A DNA stretch of 64,000 bases from contig BDGG01000005.1 in assembly GCA_001949185.1 (NCBI GenBank), forward strand, positions 3,139,972 through 3,203,971. The letters run 5' to 3'. A program made the translations under genes and the position numbers. Origin of the DNA: Ramazzottius varieornatus. Taxonomy: Eukaryota; Animalia; Tardigrada. The notes under the pieces are model-generated. The model saw nothing but the letters and a program-made list of their open reading frames with translations, was not told the origin of the DNA and made no database searches. This document shows, piece by piece, positions 11,480 through 26,878 of this stretch (its first letter is position 1; the number at the start of each line of letters is the position of its first letter).

Positions 11480-12989
11480 CTCGGGGCACATGTGATCGTG
11501 ATGGGCACTGATAGCTGCTGTCTACTTTCCGATCTGCGTTCCGATCTCGTACCTAATCATTCTCAAATTGAGAAGCTACCCGGAAGAGTAAACACAGTAC
11601 ATACCTTATCGGGGATTCTTTGATTGAAACATTTGCGAAGTTTTGAAGCTTTTTCCTCAGTACGGCTTCTGCATATTTTTGAAAGGGAGGTGCATAGTCA
11701 GAGAGACTTAATTACCGCTATCAGGAGGCTCGGTCACGGGGGGCTAGTATAAGTTCGCGTCTCTAACTGGAGATCGTTGCTTGTGTTGAGACTGGCTCTC
11801 AGTATCCCTGTGTTTTTCGAGTGGTAGTCTTAAATCGGTCAGCTCATGGTTCTGACTTTATTACCACCCCAGAGCGCCCCAAATTGAGCCTTCGATGCAG
11901 GCACACCTGGACTAAGGCCGGGAATTCCCGGAATATTCCCACCCACACGAGTCCAGAATTGCAGTACCGGGAAAATCCCGCCCGAAAACCAGGACCGGGA
12001 ACGTCTGCCTGAGAAGACCGGGAACGCTAATTGGGGTGAAAATTACAATTAATACCAGTAATAAATATAAAGATATAAGGCCGACATGAGTCGATCCACC
12101 GACTTCCAGTTCTTAACAATGTCTTTCTGGTACAGCGCTAGCGTTTTCTGGTGTGGCTAGCATTTTTCCGTTTTCGTACTGACTCATGTTGGGTCGCGTG
12201 GCACTCTGGTCTCTCGGTCTATAAGAGCGTACGTCTTCCTTGATTGTTGATTCCAACCACACAGTCCGAGCGTGCTCGACACACCGTACGACATGACAGA
12301 TACCACGCCGCAAACACATTACGTCAGTTACCACGCTCTCACTACGCTTTACGCTTCAGGTTGTATACGTTTATACGCTTCCTCTAATGCTTTCACTGCT
12401 CTGAACACGCACGATGGGTAATTAAAAGACAGTAAAGTTATGGGACAGGCGGAAAGGATGGTAAAATGGAACTTCAACCGTAGAAAAGTGTTGAAAAGTA
12501 CATTAGTGTGAATCGGTCGTGTACGTACATGCTTCCGTACCACCGCAGCGAAAGGCCTGTCCTAAAATTTTTACTGTCCCATAATCAACCATCGTGCGTG
12601 TATTGACGTCATTTTGACGTCTTAGCACCGAGGCACAAAGGCTTGCTGACTTATTTAGTTGTTTGGTCACAGGCAGCAGAAATATGGCGCTAAGGAACTA
12701 CAACATCCGGTACACATACCTGATGCGTTCCATATCGCCGACGTATACCAGTTCGTACACTTCGTCCTATGGTTTCTTCTTGGAAAAACTGTCCTGGTTC
12801 CGCTATAGCATGTGTCAGTGTTAGCGTAACAAGCTGGTCCTCGATAACGAACACAGGGTGCCAATCATGTAACTTAGCCGCGTGTTCGAGTTTTTTGAAT
12901 AGTGATCCCATGGATCTTCAGAGTGCTCCGTCGAAAGAGAGGTACACAAAGAAAGTGTACGGGTACTTTCGGGCGAATTCCGACAATTG

Positions 12990-13700
12990 CGTTTCCGTTG
13001 TGGAACCCTGCTGCCAGCCTTCGCTTCGCCTTCGAAATTAACGAGAATTCAGTGGCACCAAATTGCACAGTTTACTCCTTAAAATTTAATGAGAAATTGT
13101 ATTCCCAAATTCGCAAGGGACTTTCGAATGCTAGTCCGCAATCAAGATGCTGACACCTGAAGCCCACATTCGGGACCGGCTGGGACAGGGGATACCGCAC
13201 AACTTCCAAGGCAAAACAACTGACCAGAAACATCCGAACGGGAGTGATAGCAACGATAAGTTGGGTGGGAGTTGGAAAAACACAATCATCCCGGAATTTC
13301 ACTACACGCTACACGAAAAAGTATATCTATGCGGCCTCTGAACTCATGCCCACCGACTCAGACCAGCAACAATAAAACGAATTTATGCGCAAGACGCTGA
13401 ATGAGCAGTTTTACGCAGAAATATGAAGGGATGACTGCCTTTTTCGCAGCAAACTTCCATCGCATACCGGAAGAGAGTGGGCTGAGATGGACCAGCACGA
13501 TTCAAACACCACTTATTCCCTCACGCCCGGCACTTCCAAGTACCGTTGGACGCTACCCTAGAAGTCTAAGCTCTGTTTCACCAATGATAGACCTCAAAAC
13601 TTTCCAGACGGTATACCTCCTGCAGAACGACTTGTTTAAGTGTTCAAACAGCTCGAAAGGCTATCGAATGGCTGTTCCACAAAGCTGAGATTACGTCTCA
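12990..13700 (+). pseudogene. Degraded NB-ARC/STAND-like NTPase relic
   Basis: IATISWVGVGKTQSSRNFTTRYTKKY resembles the Walker A region of NB-ARC proteins; LIPSR (RNBS-B-like) and GYRMAV (GLPL-like) follow in order across frameshifts and stops. Confidence 0.3.
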
Positions 13701-14916
13701 ATCATCCCGCTACCGGGGAAGATGAGCTGATAAGATCTCTGCTCGTGATGTACGTTTCTGAACGGAGTCGCACTTATGGATCAGGTCCGAATGCAGGAGT
13801 GCGGCTGTTCCATTCAATCAAGATGCATTGCTTAATCAGACGATCAATGATCGGAACAACAGCCAAGGCGGTGACATAGTCGCTATCCTTGCATGTTCCA
13901 ATCCTCATCAAAACCAGATGCGTAACTTGCGGCACGCATCATTTGTCTTTCGGATCGTGTGTGTGATCAGTCAAGTGATTCTCTCTGTTTCGTCGTCATT
14001 TTTCCATGTCGCCGAGAGTAAGTATTGAATGTGTTTTGAAGCAAAATCTGGAAAATTCCGGCATCCTTTCTTTGTTTGAAATTCGAGTTTTGATACTAGA
14101 AGTGCTCCTTCTTTTGTTTCAGAAGTCGCCAGATTCTGAAATAATCCACGCTTATCCTTTCATAAAATTTTGTCTAGCTGAATGTAACTATGGAAGGATC
14201 CTGTGGAATTTTCAGCCTGAATTTTAATGTGGTTCTCGCATACGGTAATTTGAAAAGACTGATTCATTAAATGATTCAAATAATTAATAGATTTCGGAAT
14301 TACAGAATTACATTCTCAGGCCAAGTCAGGCCCACAGCCCACCCCTGGATGCAGGTTGACCCACACGGCTTGATGTCATAAAACCACTTCCGAGGGAAGT
14401 ACCTTGGACGCATTCCGATATGGAGATGGGGCCAGTTCCCCACTCACAGGTCTTACGCAGGAATTCTGATTTGGACGAGCTTGGAATCGGCCTAAAATCG
14501 ATATTTATCTGATTCGGGCAGGTTTTTGACCAAAAGAGCCCATGATTTGGCATGAACTAAGCTTTTTCATTTGATCCAAGGCAAACCTGTTATCGTGTAA
14601 TCGAATTTTTTTTCTGGAGAAACAGCGATCCGGCTAGGGTGGAAAGCCATCACATAGTTCCGGTCACCGCTCCCTAAATCTAGAACGCTCTTCTATCGAT
14701 ACGTGTTTTCACAGTGTGAAAGCCCGAAGAGATTTTGAAAATCTGAGATCACTAATACACTAGAGCACGTACTCTAACAGAGGCGCAAGTTTATTTCCTC
14801 ATGTTGGTCCGTTGCGTTGAGCACACCGGGCTGAAGGCTGCCGGCCTGTATGGGATCGCTGATGTGTTCGGTAACTCTCAACACGTCTGAAGGCAGAAGG
14901 CATCTAGATTATATGT

Positions 14917-16695
14917 TCAGAGAAACCCACAGGCCAGAGTTACGCTTTCAGTCTCACCTGTGGTATGACGGAACTCCACCAGGATTATAATGTACGAAAC
15001 GGTCAAACCTATAACCTGCAGGTGTCCATCGCGTTGAGTACGTCCGTCCCGACAAATACATCGCTGTAATGACCTATGGACTGACCGTTGCGATAAACTC
15101 TTTGGTTATTACTGCGAACGTCCAGGCGGTAATGCCAATACTTTCCGATGTCAATTCACTCAAAAACAGGCTCAGCTGCGAGAAGGCAAAAAGGGTACTT
15201 CTGACTCGTCCATCTCCACGCATACATCTCGGAATGAAAGTACTTACGCTGACCAGGTTCGTTTGGCTAATTTTAAGGTAGTTATGAACATTCAATGTAT
15301 GTAACTTTCGTTTCGGAGCAGCCGCCTACCAAACGCAAGACACATCAACGCTGAAAAGGAACTGTATGGCAAATTTGTTGGACGAGAAAATGAAAGGGCG
15401 TACATATTCGTGGACCCATGTGGCGGCAATGGTAATGACAAGGACCTGGATAAGCGCCCCGAGTAACGCAGTAACGCCCATGGCCTTCTTGAATTCGGTT
15501 TGCTCTGTGTAAGAGACCAACCCGTAGGCGATGAAAACAATTAGGGGGACGTTGGCGAACACGCTGCAGAAGGCATTCTCCTCAAAAGTTCCGTCTGCTG
15601 CTTCGACGATTTCTCGGCACTCTAAACGGCGACGCCGCATTTGTTCCAATACGGACACTTCTTCATCTTCTTCCTACGAAAGAAAACAAACTCACTACAC
15701 TGGGAAATTCTTCCTGTTAATTTACGTTGGGAATTTCGAAGTCGACGTTACTCTCACAAAATATGAACTGCGGCCGAAGACTCGCCCGGTTGCTACACCT
15801 TGCTGGTCAGATCTTATCTTTACAACATCCCACAGCCTGTGTCCAAATGGAAAGCAATCGTCCGATACAGGGAACCCAGTTGCGCCGCAAGGACCAGGCA
15901 GTGCGTTATGAAAAGCACCGACGTAAAACAGACAGTGCCGAAGACACAGAAGGTCAGTATGGTGAACTTTACTGTCCACCAGAAGTGGTTGATTTCGGCC
16001 GTACCCACTAGCACCGGCTTCAGGAACTCTTCGATTCCCGAACCGGGCCGCGCACCGTTCATTGCAACAGGAACTATCACCGTCGGAACGGCCACAATCA
16101 AAACTACCGGACGAAAGAATTCAAATTGAAACCACACGACCAGATAATATAAGGCGGGCATTTTCTCACTTGCGAAAATCATGTAAATGGTTCTGGACCA
16201 TTTCATCCTTTCCCAGTTGCGTTGGTTCTTCGGGTCCCTCGGAATGCGAGCCCAGTACGCCCACTTCCGCCATGTCCTATCTTACCTGTTTGGCGACTCG
16301 CAGAGGAGAAACTGTAACCCAGCTAGAACGATGGCCGTTCCCAACCAGACCATCAAGATAATATACACAGTCGCCGTGAAGGAACGAAGATCGATCATCG
16401 GATGCGCCACAATCAGGTTGGCTAACATGTACCCAATATCGCAGAGGGACAATATCAAGGTGAGCCATCGCCAGAAAGCCTTGTACCGGCGGCGCTCTGG
16501 AGTATCCTCGAAGCAAGCATTTTTCGATGGATGGAACAAACAGAGATTGCCCATCAAACGCAGCACTGGCCGGAATAAGCTCCCGCATCTCTCGATATTC
16601 AGCTTCGATGAGTGAATTCGCTTGGTAGAGGTGTCTAGCGGGTCGGGCACTAAGATGGTGGTCGTCTCGAAGCTCTCGAGGAAGGTCGGCGTCAT
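14917..16695 (-). CDS. Gustatory-receptor-like (GRL/7TM ion channel) gene; reading frame appears disrupted near 15820-15870
   Basis: Multiple TM segments; RRRRLECREIVEAADGTF; IGITAWTFAVITKEFIAT|VIGLTVSYIIILVEF matches the TY-x5-QF-like TM7 motif; three C-terminal phase-0 introns characteristic of GR/GRL genes. Confidence 0.8.
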
Positions 16696-17093
16696 GACGT
16701 CGCGGGATCTGTCCACCTTCCGCCATTCTTCGGTATCAGCTGAGATACTTTGAGGGATATTTAAGTTGAAAATCGAGGGCGTGGCCGAATGTTTAATATT
16801 ATCGTTGTCTCGGCACGCTGTTGGTGATTTACAGCTAAAGTATGACTCATTGTCTGCTTGCCTTGAAAGGCATGCCTGAGAAACCGGTTCCGCCGTTATT
16901 GTGCTACGCAAACCTAATTACGGGGTTTCCGGCTGTATCAGGCAGCGTGTAACTTGTCTTTATCACCGGCTGAAATATTTTGAATTTCAGACGCCGTATG
17001 AATCTTTCTGAATGATTATCGACGTTGCGTATTGGTAAAATAATTTTTCTGAGGAAGCTGTGCCGAAGGCTGTGCCGCCTTCTCGCTTCGGTC

Positions 17094-17298
17094 CAGCGGC
17101 GGCGTTATGGTACCAACTATCTGTTATTTTTTGCATTTTGACCTTGGGTCCCGGGGTACTGGGGGAAATTTAATGGAACAACGTGCACAACGCAGCCCGC
17201 ACTTCCAGCGTGTTTCTATACCTTTGCCCACGGTATCTCCGGGCCGCCCCCGGAAATGCAAAAAATATCAGATAGTTAGCGACAAAACGCCGCCGCTG
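17094..17298. mobile_element. MITE-like palindromic element
   Basis: CAGCGGCGGCGTT..AACTATCTGTTATTTTTTGCATTT vs AAATGCAAAAAATATCAGATAGTT..AACGCCGCCGCTG. Confidence 0.6.
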
Positions 17299-18149
17299 CT
17301 TCGGTCACCCCAAAGTGGGCGGTGTTTCTGGGCGTAGTTCTCCTGCATGACGTACTTAAAGAACTGCTTGTAATCAAGCAATCAGACGCCCAGATTCATG
17401 CCAGATTTTCTACTGCCTAACAGGCTAACCACTTGTATGTTCGTCACTTTAGGCAACATAATGTTCAGCGCTTTTTCCTTGATTGATTATGACCAAACCG
17501 CTCGGACTGCGATCCCTTCCTCCTTCTCTCCGACCAACGCGTAGTCAAGGAGATGAGGAACGTTCATCAATGGCGGCAGCCGTAAAGCTGAACCGCACGG
17601 CTTCGCGCTCAGAAGGGATCGCTACGTCTCGTCATCGAGGTTTGGTGCATTCGCACAGTTCCAGACTGTAACGCAGTTAACAACCTAATGCACTGATCCT
17701 GTGAAGTAGGTCGCTTAATTACCACTTGATTCAACGCAACTATTTCTACCGACACCACGATACTAAATAATAAAGCTTTTTCCCAAAAGTCGTCACGTTT
17801 CACACGCATATCCGCTCATTCAACTTCTACTACTTAACGCGAGGATGTTGAAAACATAATCTTCCATATAATGATGCAACGAAACAGAGCAAACCATAGA
17901 TCTTTGATTATCAGGACGAGTTGGAAAGACAGGTGTTTGTTGAGTGCACGCTCGTGGTTCGAGGTGGACGAGCCAGAGCACTATGTTGATTGATTCATGG
18001 CCACAGTACTGGCAACTCTGCAATGAGCGCAAGTGCGCAACCGGAAACAGGTTGACAGGTTCTGTTCTCCCTCGAGAGAACGTCTTCCTTGCCTTTATCG
18101 ATTGCTCGGCAAGTTGATGTTACCGCTTTCCTAAGTTGACCCTTCTCGT

Positions 18150-19317
18150 ATGTTTCAGCGAGGTTATAGGTTCGTCTCCCGGTGCGCACCTGCCTTGAAA
18201 GCGTACGGACCCATCTTCCTCGCCCATCACGGAATCAGCCACCAGCTGACAACGTCTCCTGCAACAATGGCCGCTTCACGTTCCTACCACTGCCAGGAAT
18301 TCGGCACGCTTTACAAAGACGACTACCGAATGTTCTTCATGCAAGACCAGAAGCCGATTTCTCCCTTCCATGACATCCCTCTCTTCGTGGACAAGGACGG
18401 TAAAGCGGTGGAGGCCAACGCCAACACTGGCATATTCAACATGGTTGTTGAAATTCCTCGATGGACCAACGCCAAGATGGAAATTAGCCGCGATGAACCT
18501 CTGAATCCCATCAAGCAAGACAGCAAGAAGAACAAGCCACGCTTTGTCCATAACGTTTTCCCGCACAAGGGCTACATCTGGAACTACGGCGCTTTTCCCC
18601 AGACGTGGGAAGATCCCGAGCATGTCTCTCCGGAAACGGGCTGTAAAGGCGACCGCGATCCCTTGGATGTCTGTGAAATTGGTTTTCGGGTAGCGAAGAG
18701 AGGTGAAGTCCTGCAGGTGAAACCTCTAGGTATCATAGCGTTGTGCGATGAGGGCGAAACGGACTGGAAAGTCATCGTAATAGACGTCCACGATCCTCTG
18801 GCTGATGAACTCAACGGTGAATCCTAGCTTTGATCAAGTGGCGCACGCCGTAGTTGTAACTTTTAACGGTGGTCCTTCTGGGAAGCGTAGACTCAGTCAT
18901 TTTAGATTAGCTGATTCTTTATCTTTTGCAGATATCGAGGACGTGGAAAAATACATGCCAGGTTTGATCCAAACCTCCGTGGACTGGTTTCGCTACTATA
19001 AAATTCCGGACGGAAAGCCACCCAACACGATCGCTTTTGACGGTCAAGCAAAGGGTCGAGAAGTGGCCACGAAGGTACTGTACGAGACCCACGACTACTG
19101 GAGGAAGCTCGTGATGGAAAAGAGCAGCCGCGGACCGGAATGGTCCTGCTTGAACACACGCTGCAAAGGGAGTCCTTTCATGGTGTCACCGGATGAGGTG
19201 GAGAAAGTGATGGACAAGCAGGGAAAACAGCAACCTGCTGCGCCGTGGGATCCAGCGCTGGATACCTGGCATTTTATTGATAGAGAAGCTGCAGAAAATT
19301 CGGTGGCACGTAAATGA
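18150..19317 (+). CDS. PPA1: Family I inorganic pyrophosphatase (PPA1/PPA2-like), exons ~18150-18817 and 18931-19317
   Basis: [74 protein letters not shown]. Confidence 0.96.
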
Positions 19318-19940
19318 CGTCGGTTTTTGGCACATGGCCTCACATCCGAATTCACTGTGGGACTGTGGGTTGAAGGCGTTATCTAGAATTGCTCGGCAGA
19401 AATCCTTTCACGAATTTTGAACACTAACGTATTTTTAGTTATGTTGTGCAGTTTTATAGATATTGCACCCTTTTTCGGGAGACCATGTGTAGGTTTTGTT
19501 GCACGTTTTATTTTTTACCGGATGAACGCAAGATGATTTTGAGTCAGTAAAACACGGCCGTTGTAAGGATCGAACTGTGGATCATCATATTTCTCATATA
19601 TGGTTGCAGGGAACGAAAGGAACGGGATGGCATCAACCAGCAAACTGTAAAGGTTTACTCGGCAGGCCATCTAGTGAACCGCTCCTTGAGGCTGTAGTTG
19701 AACGCTTGATTGATCATACAGTGTTTCGACTTGATTGGCCGTGTGCATTGGACAAACAAAAAGTTCGGATTTCCATTTTCCTTTCTTCGCGGGTCTGATC
19801 TGGGGCAAGTGCTTGGCATTCCTATCCGCATCGATCTCGAACATCGTGAGGAAATCTTCAAGGCGCCTAGAAGGAGAGTAAGGAATAACGGTAAGCTCTA
19901 GAGAAGCGGTGCCATTCGAGTGAAGTTATGAACGTGTTAA

Positions 19941-22484
<2,544 letters not shown>

Positions 22485-22606
22485 ATAAAACAGAAAGTAC
22501 AAAAAGTCAGAAACTAAAACACGAAAACTGTCACGCAAAGCATTCACGAGTATCTTTTATTCCATTTCTCTACTTTTTCTGTTTTAGTTGAGTATTTTTG
22601 TGGTTT

Positions 22607-24984
22607 CTAATGGGTGGGTATGACGAATTGAGCAATGAAATTGGCAAGGCCGAGACCGATTAGAAAGACGTAAATTATGGTGCGAAGAAGCGATTTCTCT
22701 CCCGCTCTGGAACGAACAGCAAGGTCCAGGAGAAGTGGGAGGGTGAAAACATAGACCAAACCGCAGATGGAACCCAAAACTCTACAAAGGAGACACTAAG
22801 CCAAATTAGACTTGGTTTCGACGTATGAAAAGTGTTTGACGTAACTCACCTGAGAATATCTCCAATTCTCGGATAGAGTGAAGCAAATAGAAGACAAACG
22901 CCAACGAGAACAGCGTTGAGAATGATGATGAAGTGATAACTGCAAACAACACAAGAACTGTTGTCAAAAATTGAAAATTAATCAACCGGAGCTCGGAAAA
23001 CAAACACGGTAATACTGTTTTTCCAAGTGGCGCACGCTTTATACCAATAACAATGACGGTGTGCACCACTGGGGAAAACAGTCTTCTGGACTCTGTTTCC
23101 CAAACTGTCAATATCTGAACCAAACTGATTTAACCTCAAGTCGAGCCTCCCGAAAGCCGCGTAGAACAGCTGTACGCGGAAAAGGTACGCCAGTAGAGGA
23201 AAAACGGTGAACATCTGGAAGAAGAGAAGCGCTCGGGCTGCAAGCGCAAGGACTTCCTTGTTGGAAAAGTTCTTCAGGAAGTTCTGCAACAGAAAGTCAC
23301 GCACATCTCACTATTGACGCTATCGAGCCATGACTCCACATTTGGAAAAAACGAGTGACACTAACATCAGCAATGGTCTTTTTGTCGTCTGGGAATGCAG
23401 CGTAGAATCCACCTCCCACGATCATGTAGGACACAGCCACCATCAAGAACGCAATGGCTGTATCACGAGTTTTCTTTTGGGGTTGTTGGTGATGAGCTGT
23501 CATGCTTAGAATGCAGTTGTGAATGAAGAAACCCATGGAAAGTGTACCAGTCAAGGCTGGAAAATGTCCACGGGCCACTGCAACGAGGGAAGGAAGATCA
23601 GAAAATAAAGCCACATTCGAGCACAGCCCTGACCCGACAAAAACCAGCCCGCGGGGCGTGCCCGTACAACAGACGGCGCATGGCGTCATCGAGCCGTAAC
23701 GTCATGCGTCGTTTCGGCCCTTACCCCAATCAACAGTCAAAGGAAACTCACGTGTAAAGTTTGGGGTGGCGGAAGTCGCATGAAAGCCCCACGTCCAGAT
23801 TTTCGTCGTGACAAACGTAATCATAAAGATGACGGCAACGATGCCAAACGATGACAGCTTCGTAAAGAACGTCGGACGCTGAAGGCAAATCACCGGGAGG
23901 AGGAGGAACACCAGGTAGAACGGCACCGTCAAACGATCGTTCCAATACTGGTAAAAGTATCCCGTGGTCGGTAGGTTGAACGGACCGTCTGTTATATTGG
24001 CTGGACCGGGATACGAAACTTCTACAAACACCCCTACGTGCTATCAGAAAGCACACATGAAATTTCAACAGGAGTATTCACCATAGAAGAAGCAACCAAT
24101 CTGGTACAGCATGGTCGACATCAAAATCCAGTAGACAACCATGGCGCCGATCAGGTTGAGGAGCGACACTGCCAGACTGATCCAAGCGATTCGTGGACCC
24201 AAAAGACGAGAGCAGATGTCCTGGAACTCAACGACGGGAACTTTGAGCGTTAGCTCCAAGTAGTCTGCGGCTTTGTAGATGAGTGTCGTGGGGAAGCAAG
24301 TGAGACAAGCCATGAGGAAAATCAGGAAAAGTCCGAGAACCAAACCAGCCTAGAAAACGGGAGGAAATGTTTATTCTTGAAGGTTTCTCATTTCGCTTCC
24401 TACAGACCTCTTGTATGGCCCAGGGCATGACGAGAAGACTGGATCCCATCATCGTGGTCCATAAAGACAGCCTGAAAACAAAGCAAAAAATGTTGGATAC
24501 CATCTCGGAGCTCACCAAACGAACTCGACATGATCGCTTTTCGAAGTGGCGCACGCTTCCAGCAGATAAAACTGAAAACATGCGCCACTTGAGAAATGAA
24601 TCTTTCATGACAGACAGAAAGATAGAACATACACCGTCACGAAGCTTCCTTGCGTGTTCACATCTGAGTGAGCTCTCGGCAGTTCATGTGGCGATAAATC
24701 CAGGAGGTTGTCGTCTTCGACAAGAGCGGTCAAGTCCACGCGAGTGTCGGTAGGAAATATGGACGTGCCTGTCTGTGTCTCGTAAGCACTTTGCTGGACG
24801 GTATTCCATCTCGCTCCGCTCGCGGGTCCGGTTGCGTTCTCATCAGACCCACCATGCCTGTAAAAAGGTGGTTAAGAAATAGATGATTTGACTAGTTACG
24901 GGATGGACGCTACCTTGGATTTGTCGGATGTTGTTGTCGAAGCAGAGCCGATGCTTCCGTCACATCGTCTTCGTTATCGCTCAT
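22607..24984 (-). CDS. SLC38A9: Lysosomal amino-acid transporter/sensor SLC38A9 orthologue, multi-exon
   Basis: LWTTMMGSSLLVMPWAIQEAG, FPALTGTLSMGFFIHNCIL, NFLKNF, ARALLFFQMFTVFPLLAYLFRVQL, terminal LANFIAQF. Confidence 0.9.
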
Positions 24985-25978
24985 CTTGAAAACGCGTCAG
25001 CTGGTCAGCAAAACTCAAACTCTCTTCGGTGAGTCTCCATGGGAGTTCTAGCAGGAAGAAGTTGCATCAATAATTAATATCTGCACCGAGAAGTGAAGGG
25101 GAGTAAATTTCATAAAATCAAAAAGTTATTAATCAGAATTCAAAATAATTCTTGTCATGTTACGTTACGAGCTATCACATAGTTGTGCAGTATGACATGG
25201 CGGGTTACTTACTTGTCATCACATCACGTCGACTGTGGCGGCACCTGCGAGAACCCGAGCGGGTCACCCTACTCAGAAAGTTTTTCCTCAGGTATGACGA
25301 AATTCAGGTACACTTTGTCGGTACCTGCCTCCCTTGTGGTCTCTTTTGAGAGAAACTGGCCGTTTTTCTAACTTTAACAGACTAAACACCTCGGGTCTGG
25401 CTGACAGAACACGCTCGTTACATCTCGGCCTAAAGTGTCCTCATAAACACGCTTCGAACACGTATGACGAAATTCAGGTACACTTTCGTCATCTCTGCGG
25501 GTGTTTCAAAACTCTTTTCATAAAACTTTCTGACTAGGGATCACGCTGAGTTTCCGACATTTGTTTTCCGATTTCTCCGCAGTTTCCTCCTGAGTATTGC
25601 GTATGTCGACAGGCGCTTAGCATGTGGTCGAAAACCGTGCTACCTAGCAGCACTTTGCCAGCTAGCTCGGCAGACGCAAAGTACATAAATCGGACTTCAA
25701 GCATAGTGCGCGCCAAGACCAAACCCCTTGATGTAAATAATTTTCGTTGTGAATCCGTACTACAGTGCCAATCCTTTTTTCACCAACACTATGGAAACTG
25801 CGATTTCCACCTGGCGGGAAAAAGCTACTCATAGCCAATCAGAACTATGTGGCTGTGCACGGTGGCATGGGTGGAAAAAGGGTCAAAGCTTATTCGTACA
25901 TTATTAGGCTTCCACCAGGGAACCAACCATGTGCGAACTGAAGGACCGTACCTCTGAGAACAATTAAAAGCTAGCTAA

Positions 25979-26707
25979 CAAGGGATTTACGCCAGTCTGT
26001 CCACCCTGATCTTCGAACAAATACGACAGAAAGATAGAGGAGAGTTTGCTCGAAACACTGAGACTGAATCGGCGGAATAAAATCCTGGAAGACACCACAG
26101 CAAGCGGAAGTGACGTCCAAATTCAGGGCGGATCATTAGTGTGATAGTAAATCAACCGATTTGATTGCCTACTGGTTGATTTTATATTGATTGATCCCTC
26201 TGCACTCCAGCTTGGTTGATTTTGATATCCATTAACTCTGGAGTAAGAACGGAAGCTGGTGGAGTATCTCACTGCGATGTTTTGTATTATTAACGGCAAT
26301 GATACCTTTGACCAGTGTCTTCAGCTGCTTGCCAGCCTCGCTCGGTTGATCGTCCAGTTGAAGAACTGCTTGTAGTCGTCCTCCAGAAGCTTCAGAACAT
26401 TCAACGGATTGACGGAATCCACAGCGGCCACGTGTGGAGATCACTCAGTAACGGAACGAAGAAGGTAAGAGCAAAGAAGGAACAGGTACCACAGAACGGG
26501 TTGCGCTCAGCTGAGCGGAAAGTGCAAGTGCAGCGGGATCAATCAATATGAAAAAAATGAATTTGACGTCACTTGCACTTCCCGCGGTGTCTTCCAGGAT
26601 TTTATTCCGCCGATTCAGTCTATCTCAGTGCGTGGAGCCATTTCTCCTCTATCTTTCTGTCGTATTTGTTTGAAGACCAGAGTGGACAGACTGGCGTAAA
26701 TCCCTTG
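25979..26707 (-). mobile_element. Internally deleted non-autonomous DNA transposon related to the pogo/DDE_1-like element at 50.6-52.9 kb
   Basis: ~145-bp TIRs (CAAGGGATTTACGCCAGTCTGTCCAC...); interior encodes NPLNVLKLLEDDYK / LDDQPSEAGKQLKTLVKGIIAV, similar to NLLNVIKLLEWDYK / IDDFPSEADRQFKDIVEGNLAV. Confidence 0.8.
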
Positions 26708-26717
26708 TAAGAATGTA

Positions 26718-26878
26718 CTGTAGTGCTACCAAATTATCGCGCACTCGACCACGCGAACAGTAAAGGATGCCCGGGTAAGAGTCATCGTGGCTGCACTGAT
26801 AACATCTGATCGTGCTGGGCAGCGATGACTCATCACGTGGTCAAGTGCGCGATCATTTGGTAGCACAACACACTACAG
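26718..26878. mobile_element. TA-flanked MITE (CTGTAGTG termini), copy 1
   Basis: TA|CTGTAGTGCTACCAAATTATCGCGCACT ... CACTACAG|TA; second copy in opposite orientation at 57939-58092. Confidence 0.8.

Noticed and set aside
25292-25490. 25-bp direct repeat GTATGACGAAATTCAGGTACACTTT, two copies
   Set aside because: Only two units, no spacer array and no cas genes; a local duplication, not CRISPR
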